From an uncultured Bacteroidota bacterium (lineage in GTDB: Bacteria > Bacteroidota > Bacteroidia > AKYH767-A > 2013-40CM-41-45): a stretch of DNA of 64,000 nucleotides. The position numbers were made by a program, and so were the translations under genes. The notes under the pieces are model-generated. The model saw only the letters and a list, made by a program, of their open reading frames with translations, was not told the origin of the DNA and ran no database searches. Shown here piece by piece: positions 19,828 to 29,865 of the stretch (position 1 is the stretch's first letter; every line of letters starts with the position of its first letter). The stretch lies in contig CALMQM010000123.1 of assembly GCA_937871435.1 (NCBI GenBank), forward strand, positions 2,607-66,606, read 5' to 3'.

Positions 19828-20780
19828 GAATTGACTTTAATGATTCTGATAGGCATTGTTGCCGGGAGCATTCCCATTAATCGTACCAAACGCTGTCCCT
19901 GATCACCCACGGCAAAAGAAGCAAACCCTGTTCCGAGGCCGTTTCTTCCTTCACGAATCACAATAAGGACATCTCGCGTAAAGGGATATTGTTTAAGAGC
20001 AATATAGGCCTGATACGGCTTGTAATACTCATGTGCTGCGGTTGAATCAGCAGAAGATATTTCGGCAACTTTTATTTTGCTTAAAAATGAATTCACTTCT
20101 GGATCATCTTTATCGCTGATCCAGTTTACACTGACTACGCCGAGTGCGCGTGGATTCTGACTAACGTAATCAACCACATCTTTGTTTGAGTTTGTTGCAG
20201 ACCAGTTTCCGGGCAGGGGGTCCGAAAGTTGAAATTTATCTTTCAAATATCTCGAATTGCTGGAACCGTTGTTATCAAATACAACCTGAATAGAGTCTAA
20301 ACCGGATTTAGGATTTATCTCTTTCCAGGTCCGGGTTTTTCCTGAGAAAATTTTTTCAACCTGATCATATGTCAAAAGAGTGTCGGGATTTTGGTTATTG
20401 GTAACCAGTGCGACAGCGTCTACTGCGAGTTTATTCACCCGAGGGACGATTTTTCTCCCGTCAAAAAATGCTGCTTCATTTTTATTCAATGGTCGAGCAA
20501 CGATAGCAAGGCGGACAGAATCATTTTTCATGAGTTCATTGAATACCTCCGCTTCGGGCAAATACTTTACACGAATATTTGCATACTTGTAAATCTTCAT
20601 GAACGTATCCAGTTCTACCTGCACAAGTGGTTGATAGGATTCGTCTACTACGATCAGTATATCGCCAGAAATAGGCGTATCGGTATATTCTGGTTTCTTT
20701 GAATCCGAGGAACAGGACAATAGCAACACAAGGCACGCGAAATAAGCCAAAAGGTGTTCTATTTTCAACCAGGATTTCAT
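19824..20780 (-). CDS. PstS-family (PBP superfamily) phosphate-binding lipoprotein-like protein
   Basis: Lipoprotein signal MKSWLKIEHLLAYFACLVLLLSCSS. The start is moved from 20831 to an internal Met. Periplasmic binding protein fold typical of the 'PstS-like' gene downstream of tonB in Bacteroidota. Confidence 0.65.
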   Translation of the reverse strand: MKSWLKIEHLLAYFACLVLLLSCSSDSKKPEYTDTPISGDILIVVDESYQPLVQVELDTFMKIYKYANIRVKYLPEAEVFNELMKNDSVRLAIVARPLNKNEAAFFDGRKIVPRVNKLAVDAVALVTNNQNPDTLLTYDQVEKIFSGKTRTWKEINPKSGLDSIQVVFDNNGSSNSRYLKDKFQLSDPLPGNWSATNSNKDVVDYVSQNPRALGVVSVNWISDKDDPEVNSFLSKIKVAEISSADSTAAHEYYKPYQAYIALKQYPFTRDVLIVIREGRNGLGTGFASFAVGDQGQRLVRLMGMLPATMPIRIIKVNS

Positions 20781-20794
20781 ACGTAAAAAATAAT

Positions 20795-20998
20795 TTAGTG
20801 TCGGATTTTGTACAATTTGAATATCCTCCAACCCGCGTAGCTGATGAGGGCCGCTCCGAGGATCAGGCGATTCATCCGGGGTAAATCAAATGGCGACCAA
20901 ACAAATATCAGGATTATTCCTGCAAGGCCATATAGTAAAATCATCAGGAGATTAAAAAAGAAACGAAACCTCTCCGCAAAGGAGTTGCGCACATCCAT
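20795..20998 (-). CDS. Small membrane protein, about 67 aa, hypothetical
   Basis: MDVRNSFAERFRFFFNLLMILLYGLAGIILIFVWSPF… with two predicted TM helices. Fits the gap between tonB and the PstS-like gene without overlap when the internal start is used. Confidence 0.35.
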   Translation of the reverse strand: MDVRNSFAERFRFFFNLLMILLYGLAGIILIFVWSPFDLPRMNRLILGAALISYAGWRIFKLYKIRH

Positions 20999-21021
20999 TC
21001 TGATGAGAAATAAGGGGGCTA

Positions 21022-21819
21022 CTACTTGAGGGTGAAGTTGACCGGCAGGTTGTACTGAACCTGAACGTTTCGTCCATTTTGGCGTCCTGGTTTCCAATCC
21101 GGCATGGATCTTACCACACGCAATGCTTCTTCGTCACAGCCGCCCTGAACGCCACGCAATACTTTTGCGTCTTTAATTTTACCGTCTTTATCTACCACAA
21201 ATGTGACGTATACACGACCCTGAATACCGTTTTCACGGGCAACAGGGGGATATTTGATATTACGTTGAAGGTATTCGAACAGTTTTGATTCTCCACCGGG
21301 GAATGAAGGCATTTCTTCTACTACTGTGAACACTTTTCCTTCATCGGGATCTGCCACAACCGGGTTTTCCGGTGGTAAATCCACGATATCTTTCGAGCCT
21401 TCCTGTGTCTGAGTAGACACCTGCACATCTTTCACTTCTTCCTGTGTGGGAGGTGGTTCTTGTGCTTCTTCGTCTTTTACAACTTTTGGAGGAGTGAATT
21501 TGATTGTTTGTTGAACCGGCGGAGGAGGAATTACCGGTGGAGGCGGAGGAGTTGTTTTATCAATCGGGGGTGGTTCGGCGAGTGTTACAACTTCCGTAAC
21601 GGCTGCTTTGTTCGCGAATTTTACATTCGACAAAACTTCCATCAGTTTCGGTACTCCCACGACGATTATAACACCAATTACAGAATATAACAATGCCATC
21701 AATATTCTCCGCTGATATTTTTTGCGGATTACATAGGCGCCATATTCTTTATTTCGTTCGGCAAATACCAGTTCCACCCGCTCGGGATTCACTGCATTGT
21801 CCCATCCAAGAATTCTCAT
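21022..21819 (-). CDS. tonB: Energy transducer TonB
   Basis: N-terminal TM anchor, Pro-rich spacer PPPIDKTTPPPPPVIPPPPV, and a C-terminal TonB domain (…GRVYVTFVVDKDGKI…). Confidence 0.85.
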   Translation of the reverse strand: MRILGWDNAVNPERVELVFAERNKEYGAYVIRKKYQRRILMALLYSVIGVIIVVGVPKLMEVLSNVKFANKAAVTEVVTLAEPPPIDKTTPPPPPVIPPPPVQQTIKFTPPKVVKDEEAQEPPPTQEEVKDVQVSTQTQEGSKDIVDLPPENPVVADPDEGKVFTVVEEMPSFPGGESKLFEYLQRNIKYPPVARENGIQGRVYVTFVVDKDGKIKDAKVLRGVQGGCDEEALRVVRSMPDWKPGRQNGRNVQVQYNLPVNFTLK

Positions 21820-21830
21820 TCTCTACAGAA

Positions 21831-22472
21831 TTATTTGGTGTTCTTGATTAACTCCTTTTCAGAATCTGAAAGATCCACGATCGCATATCGGCCTACATTG
21901 CAAATTAGCATTTCATCGAGAATATCAACCAGATTCTTGTATTTTGATTTTTCATCCGGCTTAATCAACACGATTAATCCGCCTTTGTCGCCTTTTACAG
22001 CCGCTTTATGTTTTTTAATGTCTTCTTCTTTATCCGGAATAAGTCCGGCTTTCACTGAATCCTCAACCATTTTCACTTTATCCAACACCAGTTTATTTCT
22101 TTCAAGAAGCATGGTGCGGATACTGTTCGGTCCGGATTGAGAAAAATCTGCGCTGTTGGTAACAGGAGGTGTTGATGGGTCGTCCATTCCAACATACCAG
22201 ATGATTCTGTCGTTTTCTGTCAATAAAATCGAAACCGTCTGAGATGCAGGAACCTTTGTTCTTTCAGCGTCATCGATTTTGTCCTTCACCGGCATGGTGA
22301 TGTCCATTGTTTTCGGTTTGCTGAACGTTGTTGTCAGGATAAAGAATGTCAGCAGCAGGAATGCAAGATCCACCATCGGAGTCATATCGATGTGGGTTGA
22401 TGCTTTCTTTGCCCGGACCTTTTTGTGTTTGCCTTTTTCCTGGCCGCCGTCCGACTGTTGAACCTCTGACAT
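21831..22472 (-). CDS. exbD: Biopolymer transporter ExbD/TolR
   Basis: Single N-terminal TM with the TPMVDLAFLLLTFFILT motif typical of ExbD. Confidence 0.85.
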   Translation of the reverse strand: MSEVQQSDGGQEKGKHKKVRAKKASTHIDMTPMVDLAFLLLTFFILTTTFSKPKTMDITMPVKDKIDDAERTKVPASQTVSILLTENDRIIWYVGMDDPSTPPVTNSADFSQSGPNSIRTMLLERNKLVLDKVKMVEDSVKAGLIPDKEEDIKKHKAAVKGDKGGLIVLIKPDEKSKYKNLVDILDEMLICNVGRYAIVDLSDSEKELIKNTK

Positions 22473-22532
22473 TTTATCTCTGTACTTTAAATTGTTTCAC
22501 GCGTTTCATGTGAAACAACGAGTTGGTCAAAA

Positions 22533-23165
22533 TTACTTATTCGTTGCTGGCGCTGCTGTAACATCTGTCGCGCCTTCAAGATTCGTGATAAGTGCGAATC
22601 TGTTTGCTTTATTGTCTTGCAGTGTTGCAATTACCCTTTTGATCGTCGGGATGTCTGCATCCTGGTCACCTTTGATTGCAATGCTGTGTCTTGGTGCAAC
22701 CGTACGAGCAGCGTTAATCCAGAAGGTAAGTTCGTTATTGGTGGAATCGCTCGGAATACCGGGCGTTTCATTGTTCATTGTTTTGCGTTTTGTTTCATCG
22801 GCATCGAGATATTCTTTCAGACGATTACTTGGCATGCCTATAGATGAAAGAACTGAAAAGCGCTTTTTCTCTTTCTCATCAAAGGTGAGTGAAAACCTGG
22901 ACGCCAGTTTGTCAAGGATGTCCATTCTGGTCTGCTGGCCTTCTACATTGAAAAACACACGACCTCTTCCGTCCACAGTAAGCAGGATCACACCTTTGTC
23001 GGGCAACGGAATTTCGCTGATAGAAGATGGTTGATCCACGATGACGGGCTCGTCCGGCCTGAACTTCGTGGTGAGCATGAAAAACGTCACCAACAGGAAG
23101 GCAAGATCGACCATTGGGGTCATATCTAGTGAGGGGGACTTTTTGGGGACTTTAATCTTCGGCAT
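22533..23165 (-). CDS. exbD: Biopolymer transporter ExbD/TolR, second copy
   Basis: DMTPMVDLAFLLVTFFMLT ExbD motif. Tandem with the first exbD. Confidence 0.85.
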   Translation of the reverse strand: MPKIKVPKKSPSLDMTPMVDLAFLLVTFFMLTTKFRPDEPVIVDQPSSISEIPLPDKGVILLTVDGRGRVFFNVEGQQTRMDILDKLASRFSLTFDEKEKKRFSVLSSIGMPSNRLKEYLDADETKRKTMNNETPGIPSDSTNNELTFWINAARTVAPRHSIAIKGDQDADIPTIKRVIATLQDNKANRFALITNLEGATDVTAAPATNK

Positions 23166-23227
23166 TACCAGTAATTACTTTCTAGAGTCAGAAACTAACA
23201 ATTTCCACACGGGATAACCCGAAGTTC

Positions 23228-24043
23228 TTAGTTCTCTTTATAGCGAGCGGCGAACGACTGAACGATGCTATAGCCGGCCTCGTCAATACCGTAAGTGATG
23301 CTGTCGATGCGGCTTGTAAAGAAGTTGTACATGATAATGGCAAGAGCAGATGTTCCGATACCGAGAGCGGTGTTGTTCAGGGCTTCAGAAATACCGGTTG
23401 ACAGAGCAACAGCGTCAGGCGCACCAGAAGTAGCGATCGCAGAGAAGGCGCGAATCATACCCATTACCGTTCCTAAAAGACCGAGAAGCGTAGCGATGGA
23501 AGCAATGGTTGAAATGATCACGAGATTTTTAGAAAGCATTGGCAGCTCCAGAGTTGTTGCTTCTTCAAGTTCTTTCTGAATACCGAGAAGTTTACGCTCT
23601 TTGTCAAGGTTTTTATCTGCTTCCATTTGACGATAGCTATCGAGTCCCGCGTTCACCACGTTGGCAATTGAGCCACGTTGTTTTGCGCATTCCGCTTTAG
23701 CTCCATCAATATTTCCACTGACCATCAGCGTACGGATTTTTTGAATAAACACTTCAATGTTTCCTGTACCTTTTGATTTTCCGATAGTAATAAAACGCTC
23801 AATGGAAAAAACCACAACTGTGATGAACGTTCCCATCAAAACCGGAACAAGTACACCACCTTTATACATGGTAGCCATGATGTGATTTGGCAATGGGTTT
23901 TTGTTAATATCACCGTCTTCAAATCCGGACGGATCGCCCATGATAAATTTCCAGATCACGAAACCGATACCAATAGCAATAGGAATAACTGCTGCTGCAA
24001 GAATCGATTGAATGTTTCCTCCTTTGGATGACGAGTTGCTCAT
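23228..24043 (-). CDS. exbB: MotA/TolQ/ExbB proton channel
   Basis: Three-TM ExbB topology with a conserved C-terminal TM pair (…LLGLLGTVMGMIRAF…). Confidence 0.85.
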   Translation of the reverse strand: MSNSSSKGGNIQSILAAAVIPIAIGIGFVIWKFIMGDPSGFEDGDINKNPLPNHIMATMYKGGVLVPVLMGTFITVVVFSIERFITIGKSKGTGNIEVFIQKIRTLMVSGNIDGAKAECAKQRGSIANVVNAGLDSYRQMEADKNLDKERKLLGIQKELEEATTLELPMLSKNLVIISTIASIATLLGLLGTVMGMIRAFSAIATSGAPDAVALSTGISEALNNTALGIGTSALAIIMYNFFTSRIDSITYGIDEAGYSIVQSFAARYKEN

Positions 24044-24378
24044 GAGTGTACTTATTTTTTTGTTTGTTGAATTGTTAACGTGGGCAGTTAAGAACGCTGC
24101 TGAAACAATTAAATTATTGGATTTATTAATTTTTCGGACGACAATAATAGGAAATTCCCGTTAATTCCAAAATTGCCAAGAGTGATTTAGATACGATTTA
24201 ACTGAACCGTGACAAAAGACCCTGGGCCCGAGCTTTTCTGTTCATTTTAGATAGAAAAAGGCGTTCAACTTGTTTAGTATCCATAAATGAGAGGTCTGAA
24301 TCAATAAATAGTGCTGCAAAGGTATTGTCTGGCCAGAATAATTTCTCCCAAACAAACTTAATGCAATCAGAATCAGGC

Positions 24379-25752
24379 TTAAATGAGGCCCGCAAGCATT
24401 CCCGGCGCAATGCCTAATGCGAGAGCAGCAAGAGATGTTACCAGCAACAATACTCTAAAAAGGGTGTTGACTTTGATTTCTTTCTCTTCGGATTCGCTCT
24501 TGAAAAGTGCAATTATGATCCTGAAGTAATAAAAAACACCAATCAGGGAACCAAGAATTGCAATGAGTACGAGACCAAGATATCCATTTTGAATGGCTGC
24601 AGAGAAAATATAATATTTAGCAAAAAATCCTGCTGTTGGAGGAATGCCTGCGAGAGAAAGCATTGCGACCAGAGTTACTGCTGAGAGAAAAGGATTTTGC
24701 TTTGCCAAACCATTGAAGGACCTGATTTCATCGCTGCCTGTTTGATGGCTGACTAACAATAAAATTGCGAATGCTGTTATGGATGAGATGGAATATGCAG
24801 TAGCATAGAACATCAGGCTGGAAGAGGCCGACTGATTCATTGCAAGTATTGCCAACACCATATATCCCGCATGTGATATGCTTGAGTACGCCAGCATCCG
24901 TTTAAAATTCGTTTGATAAACAGCGGTGATGTTCCCAACAAGGATGGTGAGTCCGGAAATGATCATCAGCGTTGGCGCCCAGATTGCGGGGCTTGCGCTG
25001 AATGTGTGAATAAAAAGTCTGTAGAAAGCGGCAAAAGCCGCAGTCTTCACAACAGTTGACATGAATGCTGTAATCACTGTTGGTGCACCCTGATATACAT
25101 CCGGTGCCCAAAAATGGAAGGGCGCAGCAGACACCTTGAATGCAAGAGCAATCATCATCATTAATATTCCTGCGACAATCATGACTGAATTTTGTTCATG
25201 ATGCTCGCTGATCATGGAAGAGATTGCGGCCAGATTAAATGAACCGGTAGCTCCATAAATCAGTGCGATCCCGAACAGAAGGAATCCTGTGGCGAAGGAT
25301 CCCATGAGGAAATATTTTAATGCCGCCTCATTCGAAGATAATTTGGTTTTGTGGCTACCCGCAAGAATGTACAATGCGATCGACAAAATTTCTATTCCGA
25401 GGAACAGCATAATCATATTGGCGAATGTGACCATGACCATTGTACCAATGAGAGCGAACACGATGAGCGCGAAGTGATCTGTTTCGCTGGATGGTTCTGT
25501 AAAAAAATCGGGAGACATCAGGCACCAAATGAATGTGATTCCAATCATAAGGCCCATGAAGGCAACACTGTAATTGTCAATTACCACCATTTCATTGAAC
25601 AGATGTGCTCCGTTGTTCCAGTCCATCAGGTTGGTAACAAATGAAGCCAACAATCCAATCAATACGATGGGATGTAATAGTTTTCTGAATCCGAGTATTT
25701 CAGAGAAGAGGCAAACTAAGCCAAGGGCCGATAAAACGATCAGTGTAGTCAA
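24379..25752 (-). CDS. nuoN: NADH-quinone oxidoreductase subunit N-like antiporter subunit
   Basis: 457 aa, about 14 TM, NuoN/ND2 family pattern. Last of an L-M-N triplet. Confidence 0.75.
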   Translation of the reverse strand: MTTLIVLSALGLVCLFSEILGFRKLLHPIVLIGLLASFVTNLMDWNNGAHLFNEMVVIDNYSVAFMGLMIGITFIWCLMSPDFFTEPSSETDHFALIVFALIGTMVMVTFANMIMLFLGIEILSIALYILAGSHKTKLSSNEAALKYFLMGSFATGFLLFGIALIYGATGSFNLAAISSMISEHHEQNSVMIVAGILMMMIALAFKVSAAPFHFWAPDVYQGAPTVITAFMSTVVKTAAFAAFYRLFIHTFSASPAIWAPTLMIISGLTILVGNITAVYQTNFKRMLAYSSISHAGYMVLAILAMNQSASSSLMFYATAYSISSITAFAILLLVSHQTGSDEIRSFNGLAKQNPFLSAVTLVAMLSLAGIPPTAGFFAKYYIFSAAIQNGYLGLVLIAILGSLIGVFYYFRIIIALFKSESEEKEIKVNTLFRVLLLVTSLAALALGIAPGMLAGLI

Positions 25753-25764
25753 TGTCTTCGGCTA

Positions 25765-27234
25765 TTAGTGCGACAATAATGATATTCCATGCGACGAATG
25801 AATCACGTCACGAAGTGTTTTGATTGATGGCTCTGCAAGGCCCATAAAATATCCCGGATACAAACCAATCCAAAAGATCATTACTACCAGAGGAATGAGC
25901 ACCCATTTTTCTGACTGTGACAAGTCGACAAATTTTTCAGTATGGTGATTGGTTACTCCAAGGGAAATTTTCTGATACGCTGTGAGCATATATACTGCTC
26001 CTAAAATGATTGTCAGACCGGCTACAGCGGCCATCCAGGTACTGTATTGAAACACTCCGTTTAACAGTAAGAATTCTCCAATGAAACCATTGGTAAGTGG
26101 AAGAGCTACACTGGCAAGAAGAATGATAATGAAATACGTTGCGAATGCCGGTGCTACCAATCGAATTCCTCCAAGCTCGGACAAATTTCTTGTCTTCATT
26201 CTGTCAAGAATAATTTCCGCAATGAAAAACAATCCTACTACATTGATTCCGTGGCTGAGCATTTGAATTACTCCACCTTGTATTCCCTGCATTGTCAGAC
26301 TAAATACTCCTGCGGATATTAGTCCTACGTGAGCAATGGAAGAATAAGCAATAAGTCTTTTGAAATCCTTTTGCACCAATGCTATACCTGATGCATATAC
26401 AACGCTGATCACAGATAATATCATGGCAGTATTGCCCCATTCGTGAACTCCGGATGGAACAATTGGCAGTAACCAGCGAAGCACACCGTACACACCCATT
26501 TTCAGCATGATTCCGGATAAAAGCATTGTGCCCGGAGTCGGGGAATCAGTATAGGTGTCGGGTTGCCAGGTGTGGAATGGAAATACGGGCATTTTAATCG
26601 CGAATGCGAGGAAGAATGCCCAGAAGATCCAGGACTGTTCTGTTGCAGAAAGATTCAGTGAATAGAGCGCCTGAATATCGAAGCTGTGCGGAGCCGGTGT
26701 TTTCATCCAGAGCCAGATCAATGCCGCTAACATCAGCAGGCTTCCGAATAATGTGTAGATAAAAAATTTGAGCGTGATGCGTATCCTGTCGTTTCCTCCC
26801 CACATGAGACATATCAGATAAATCGGGATGAGGGCTAATTCCCAGAAAATGTAAAAGAGAAAACCATCCTGAGCTGAGAAGACGCCAACCAATGCCATTT
26901 GCATCGACAAAATTAATGCGTAGAAAAGGCCGGGGTTTTTATTGTTGTGTTTAAAGGAAGAAAGAACAATAATTGGAACAAGAAATGTCGTGAGTAATAC
27001 CAGCAACAGGCTTATGCCATCCAGACCAACACTATAATGTATTCCTAAAGAAGGTACCCACCAGAATTCCTGAAAGTATTGAGTGCCTGCAGCCGGATCA
27101 AATCCAAGAGTCATGAATACAGAAAGGCCGAACTCAATGATCGCAGCGATTAGCGCAATTTTTTTTGCGTTTTCGCCCGACATGAGCACGGCAATTGCCG
27201 CCAACAATGGAAAGAAAATAAGTGTGGTCAGCAT
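25765..27234 (-). CDS. nuoM: NADH-quinone oxidoreductase subunit M-like
   Basis: 489 aa polytopic protein. NuoM/ND4-type conserved motifs (…WLPDAM-like HTWQPDTY…). Confidence 0.75.
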   Translation of the reverse strand: MLTTLIFFPLLAAIAVLMSGENAKKIALIAAIIEFGLSVFMTLGFDPAAGTQYFQEFWWVPSLGIHYSVGLDGISLLLVLLTTFLVPIIVLSSFKHNNKNPGLFYALILSMQMALVGVFSAQDGFLFYIFWELALIPIYLICLMWGGNDRIRITLKFFIYTLFGSLLMLAALIWLWMKTPAPHSFDIQALYSLNLSATEQSWIFWAFFLAFAIKMPVFPFHTWQPDTYTDSPTPGTMLLSGIMLKMGVYGVLRWLLPIVPSGVHEWGNTAMILSVISVVYASGIALVQKDFKRLIAYSSIAHVGLISAGVFSLTMQGIQGGVIQMLSHGINVVGLFFIAEIILDRMKTRNLSELGGIRLVAPAFATYFIIILLASVALPLTNGFIGEFLLLNGVFQYSTWMAAVAGLTIILGAVYMLTAYQKISLGVTNHHTEKFVDLSQSEKWVLIPLVVMIFWIGLYPGYFMGLAEPSIKTLRDVIHSSHGISLLSH

Positions 27235-27286
27235 ACGCTGCGATTCATAAATTAATTTTCAGCACCTGATTTAATCTGTGCATGAT

Positions 27287-29179
27287 TTAGAACACCAAAT
27301 TGTACAACAGCATCGCGATGATCCCGAACACCATTGCGAAAATGTAGAAGCCTACATTTCCTGTCTGAACCAGGCGAATGGTTTGCCCGGCCCACACAAC
27401 ACTCTTGCTGACTCCATTTACCAATCCGTCCACAATGCTGTTGTCAACTATTTTCCAGAAGAAATTGCTGATGCTGTAGAGTGGTTTTACAAATGTCGAT
27501 TGGTATATTTCGTCTATATAATATTTGTTATACAATAATTTTGCGACCGGCTTGAATTCCGTTTCCTGGATAGCGGGGATGCGGTGTTTTTTAACAAAAT
27601 GATTGAACGCCCAAAATATAATTCCCGCGAGGGTAATAATGGAAACACCAATGAGTGTCCACTCAAAAGTATGGGATGCTTCACTTTGCAACATTGTTCC
27701 GGGAGTCGACAGAGAGGATTTCAAGAAATCTCCGAAGAAATGGTGTTCTGAAAATACAGTCGGTAATCCCAGAAATCCACCAACAGTACTAAGAATAGCC
27801 AAAACAACCAGCGGAATAGTCATCGAAGGTGGGGATTCGTGCAGGTGGTGCTCCTGATCATGTGTGCCCCGGAACGTTCCGTAGAAGGTGAGAAAAAATA
27901 CACGAAACATATAGATCGCGGTCAGAACAGAGGTTACAGCAAGGAAGAAAAACAAGACGGGGCTTTGTGTCCATGCTCTGGCAAGAATTTCATCTTTTGA
28001 AAAGAATCCAGCAAACGGCGGAACTCCGCTGATCGCCATTGTTCCTATTGCAAATACAGCGAATGTGATTGGCAGTTTTTTTCTGAGTCCACCCATTTTT
28101 CGAACGTCCTGTTCTCCACTCATGGCATGAATTACACTACCGGCAGCGAGGAAGAGAAGGGCTTTAAAAAAAGCATGTGTTGTCACGTGAAACAATGCCG
28201 TGGAATAAGCGCCCACACCAAGTGCAACAAACATGTAGCCCAACTGACTTACTGTTGAGTAGGCAAGAACTTTTTTTATATCCGTTTGTACCATCGCAAT
28301 GGTTGCAGCAAACAATGCTGTTGCCATACCGATAATACTAACCACTTCAAGAGTGAATGGAGAAATTGAATATAAAATGTTAGATCGAACAACCATGTAG
28401 ATACCGGCAGTCACCATTGTTGCAGCATGAATCAATGCAGAAACCGGAGTGGGTCCTGCCATGGCGTCAGGCAGCCAGGTGTAGAGTGGAATTTGTGCGC
28501 TTTTACCCATAGCGCCAACGAATAAAAGCAGTGTGATTGCTGTGATGACCGGTTGATTATCGGGCAATGTTTTCGCCGCGGAGAAAACGTCATCAAAGGA
28601 AACAGAACCGAAGGTCACATAAATGAGAATGATCCCCAAAAGAAAGCCCAGGTCACCAATTCTGTTCATGATAAATGCTTTGTTCGCGGCATTGTTGTAC
28701 TCGGTGTTTTTAAACCAGAATCCGATCAGGAGATAAGAACAAAGCCCAACACCTTCCCAGCCGGCGAACATGACGATGTAGTTGCTTCCCATAACAAGAA
28801 GTAACATAAAAAAGACAAAGAGATTCAGGTAAGAAAAGAAACGAGAGTAACCTTCGTCTTCTTTCATGTATCCAATGGAGTACACATGTATGAGAAAACC
28901 TACGCCGGTTACTATTAACAGCATGGTAAGAGATATGTGATCGATCAGAAACGAAACCGGAATTGAGAGTCCGCCTGATTTTATCCAATCAAATACAAAT
29001 ACCGTTTCTCCGGTTTCAGGAGATTGCAGAAAAATCGCCAGACTAAGAATGAAAGAGGCGAGTACTGTGAGGGACGCAAAAACTCCTGAGAATTGTTTTG
29101 GTAGAATTTTATTTCCCAGGCTGATTACAAGGAAACCGACGAGCGGGAAAACGGGGATCAGCCAGGCCAATTGGGTCAT
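27287..29179 (-). CDS. nuoL: NADH-quinone oxidoreductase subunit L-like
   Basis: 630 aa with NuoL/ND5 motifs (YTWLPDAMAGPTPVSALIHAATMVTAG) and the long C-terminal extension typical of NuoL. Confidence 0.8.
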   Translation of the reverse strand: MTQLAWLIPVFPLVGFLVISLGNKILPKQFSGVFASLTVLASFILSLAIFLQSPETGETVFVFDWIKSGGLSIPVSFLIDHISLTMLLIVTGVGFLIHVYSIGYMKEDEGYSRFFSYLNLFVFFMLLLVMGSNYIVMFAGWEGVGLCSYLLIGFWFKNTEYNNAANKAFIMNRIGDLGFLLGIILIYVTFGSVSFDDVFSAAKTLPDNQPVITAITLLLFVGAMGKSAQIPLYTWLPDAMAGPTPVSALIHAATMVTAGIYMVVRSNILYSISPFTLEVVSIIGMATALFAATIAMVQTDIKKVLAYSTVSQLGYMFVALGVGAYSTALFHVTTHAFFKALLFLAAGSVIHAMSGEQDVRKMGGLRKKLPITFAVFAIGTMAISGVPPFAGFFSKDEILARAWTQSPVLFFFLAVTSVLTAIYMFRVFFLTFYGTFRGTHDQEHHLHESPPSMTIPLVVLAILSTVGGFLGLPTVFSEHHFFGDFLKSSLSTPGTMLQSEASHTFEWTLIGVSIITLAGIIFWAFNHFVKKHRIPAIQETEFKPVAKLLYNKYYIDEIYQSTFVKPLYSISNFFWKIVDNSIVDGLVNGVSKSVVWAGQTIRLVQTGNVGFYIFAMVFGIIAMLLYNLVF

Positions 29180-29296
29180 ATAAACTCAGAATTGTGGGGC
29201 AAAAGTAGTACTTAAATGCAATTAGGCAATGTGAAGAATGTCATGTTCAGGATTGATTCCCTGCCTTCAGTTTTTGTGTGTGTTTTTCAAACTAAA

Positions 29297-29327
29297 GTAA
29301 AAAACCCCCGACATGCTGAAGGGGGTT
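29297..29327 (-). terminator. Rho-independent terminator after the small hypothetical gene
   Basis: Minus strand reads caaCCCCCttcagcatgtcGGGGGTTttttac: a 5- to 7-bp GC stem, an 11-nt loop and a T-tract. Confidence 0.65.
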
Positions 29328-29366
29328 GACTGAAAGAATTTGCTGATACAAAGCTGTTTTGCTTTG

Positions 29367-29615
29367 TTATATTTTCTTTGAGGAATGACTCTTTGGCGTT
29401 TTCTCTTTTCCTGCTTTTTCAAAAACTTTCTTTCGGTTACCGGCTTTAATTTTCAGGCTAACTTTTTCTGTTGCATAAACAGCATAACCTTCGTCCCGGT
29501 ATTCAGACATAAATACGTCTAAATCAAGGTTGTTTTCTTCGGCCATTCGCTCAATGCGATGAACCTTTTCGTTCAGATGATCAAGTGCCATACGATCTTC
29601 TTTACTTAATGACAT
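29367..29615 (-). CDS. Hypothetical small hydrophilic protein, 82 aa, Lys-rich C-terminus
   Basis: ORF with its own terminator. Not NuoK: no TM helices. Confidence 0.45.
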   Translation of the reverse strand: MSLSKEDRMALDHLNEKVHRIERMAEENNLDLDVFMSEYRDEGYAVYATEKVSLKIKAGNRKKVFEKAGKEKTPKSHSSKKI

Positions 29616-29865
29616 AAGCTAATATAAAATGCTTGTTATTGACAAATTTAACTGATTTAGAGGGCTCAATGTTTCGCTCTGATTCAGCGATACTAACCGT
29701 TTATTAACCGTGGCTGTTGATAACGCTGACGTATATGGAGATAAAAATCAGTTTATTATGGCAGAAAACTTAAACAAATACTATTCTGTTGAAAAGCTTA
29801 TTAACAGTTCATAGCGCCCTGTTGAGTTGTTGGTATCAAAGAAATTGGGATTCGGCAAAACACAA

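Noticed and set aside
22492-23034. 180-aa plus-strand ORF
   Set aside because: Antisense to exbD. Low-complexity translation.
24198-24410. 70-aa ORF overlapping the nuoN 3' end
   Set aside because: Overlaps a confident gene and lies in an intergenic promoter region. No features.
24379-29179. Possibility that the L/M/N trio are Mrp antiporter subunits
   Set aside because: The sizes (630/489/457 aa) and the NuoL C-terminal extension fit complex I subunits. No small MrpB/C/E/F/G genes are adjacent.
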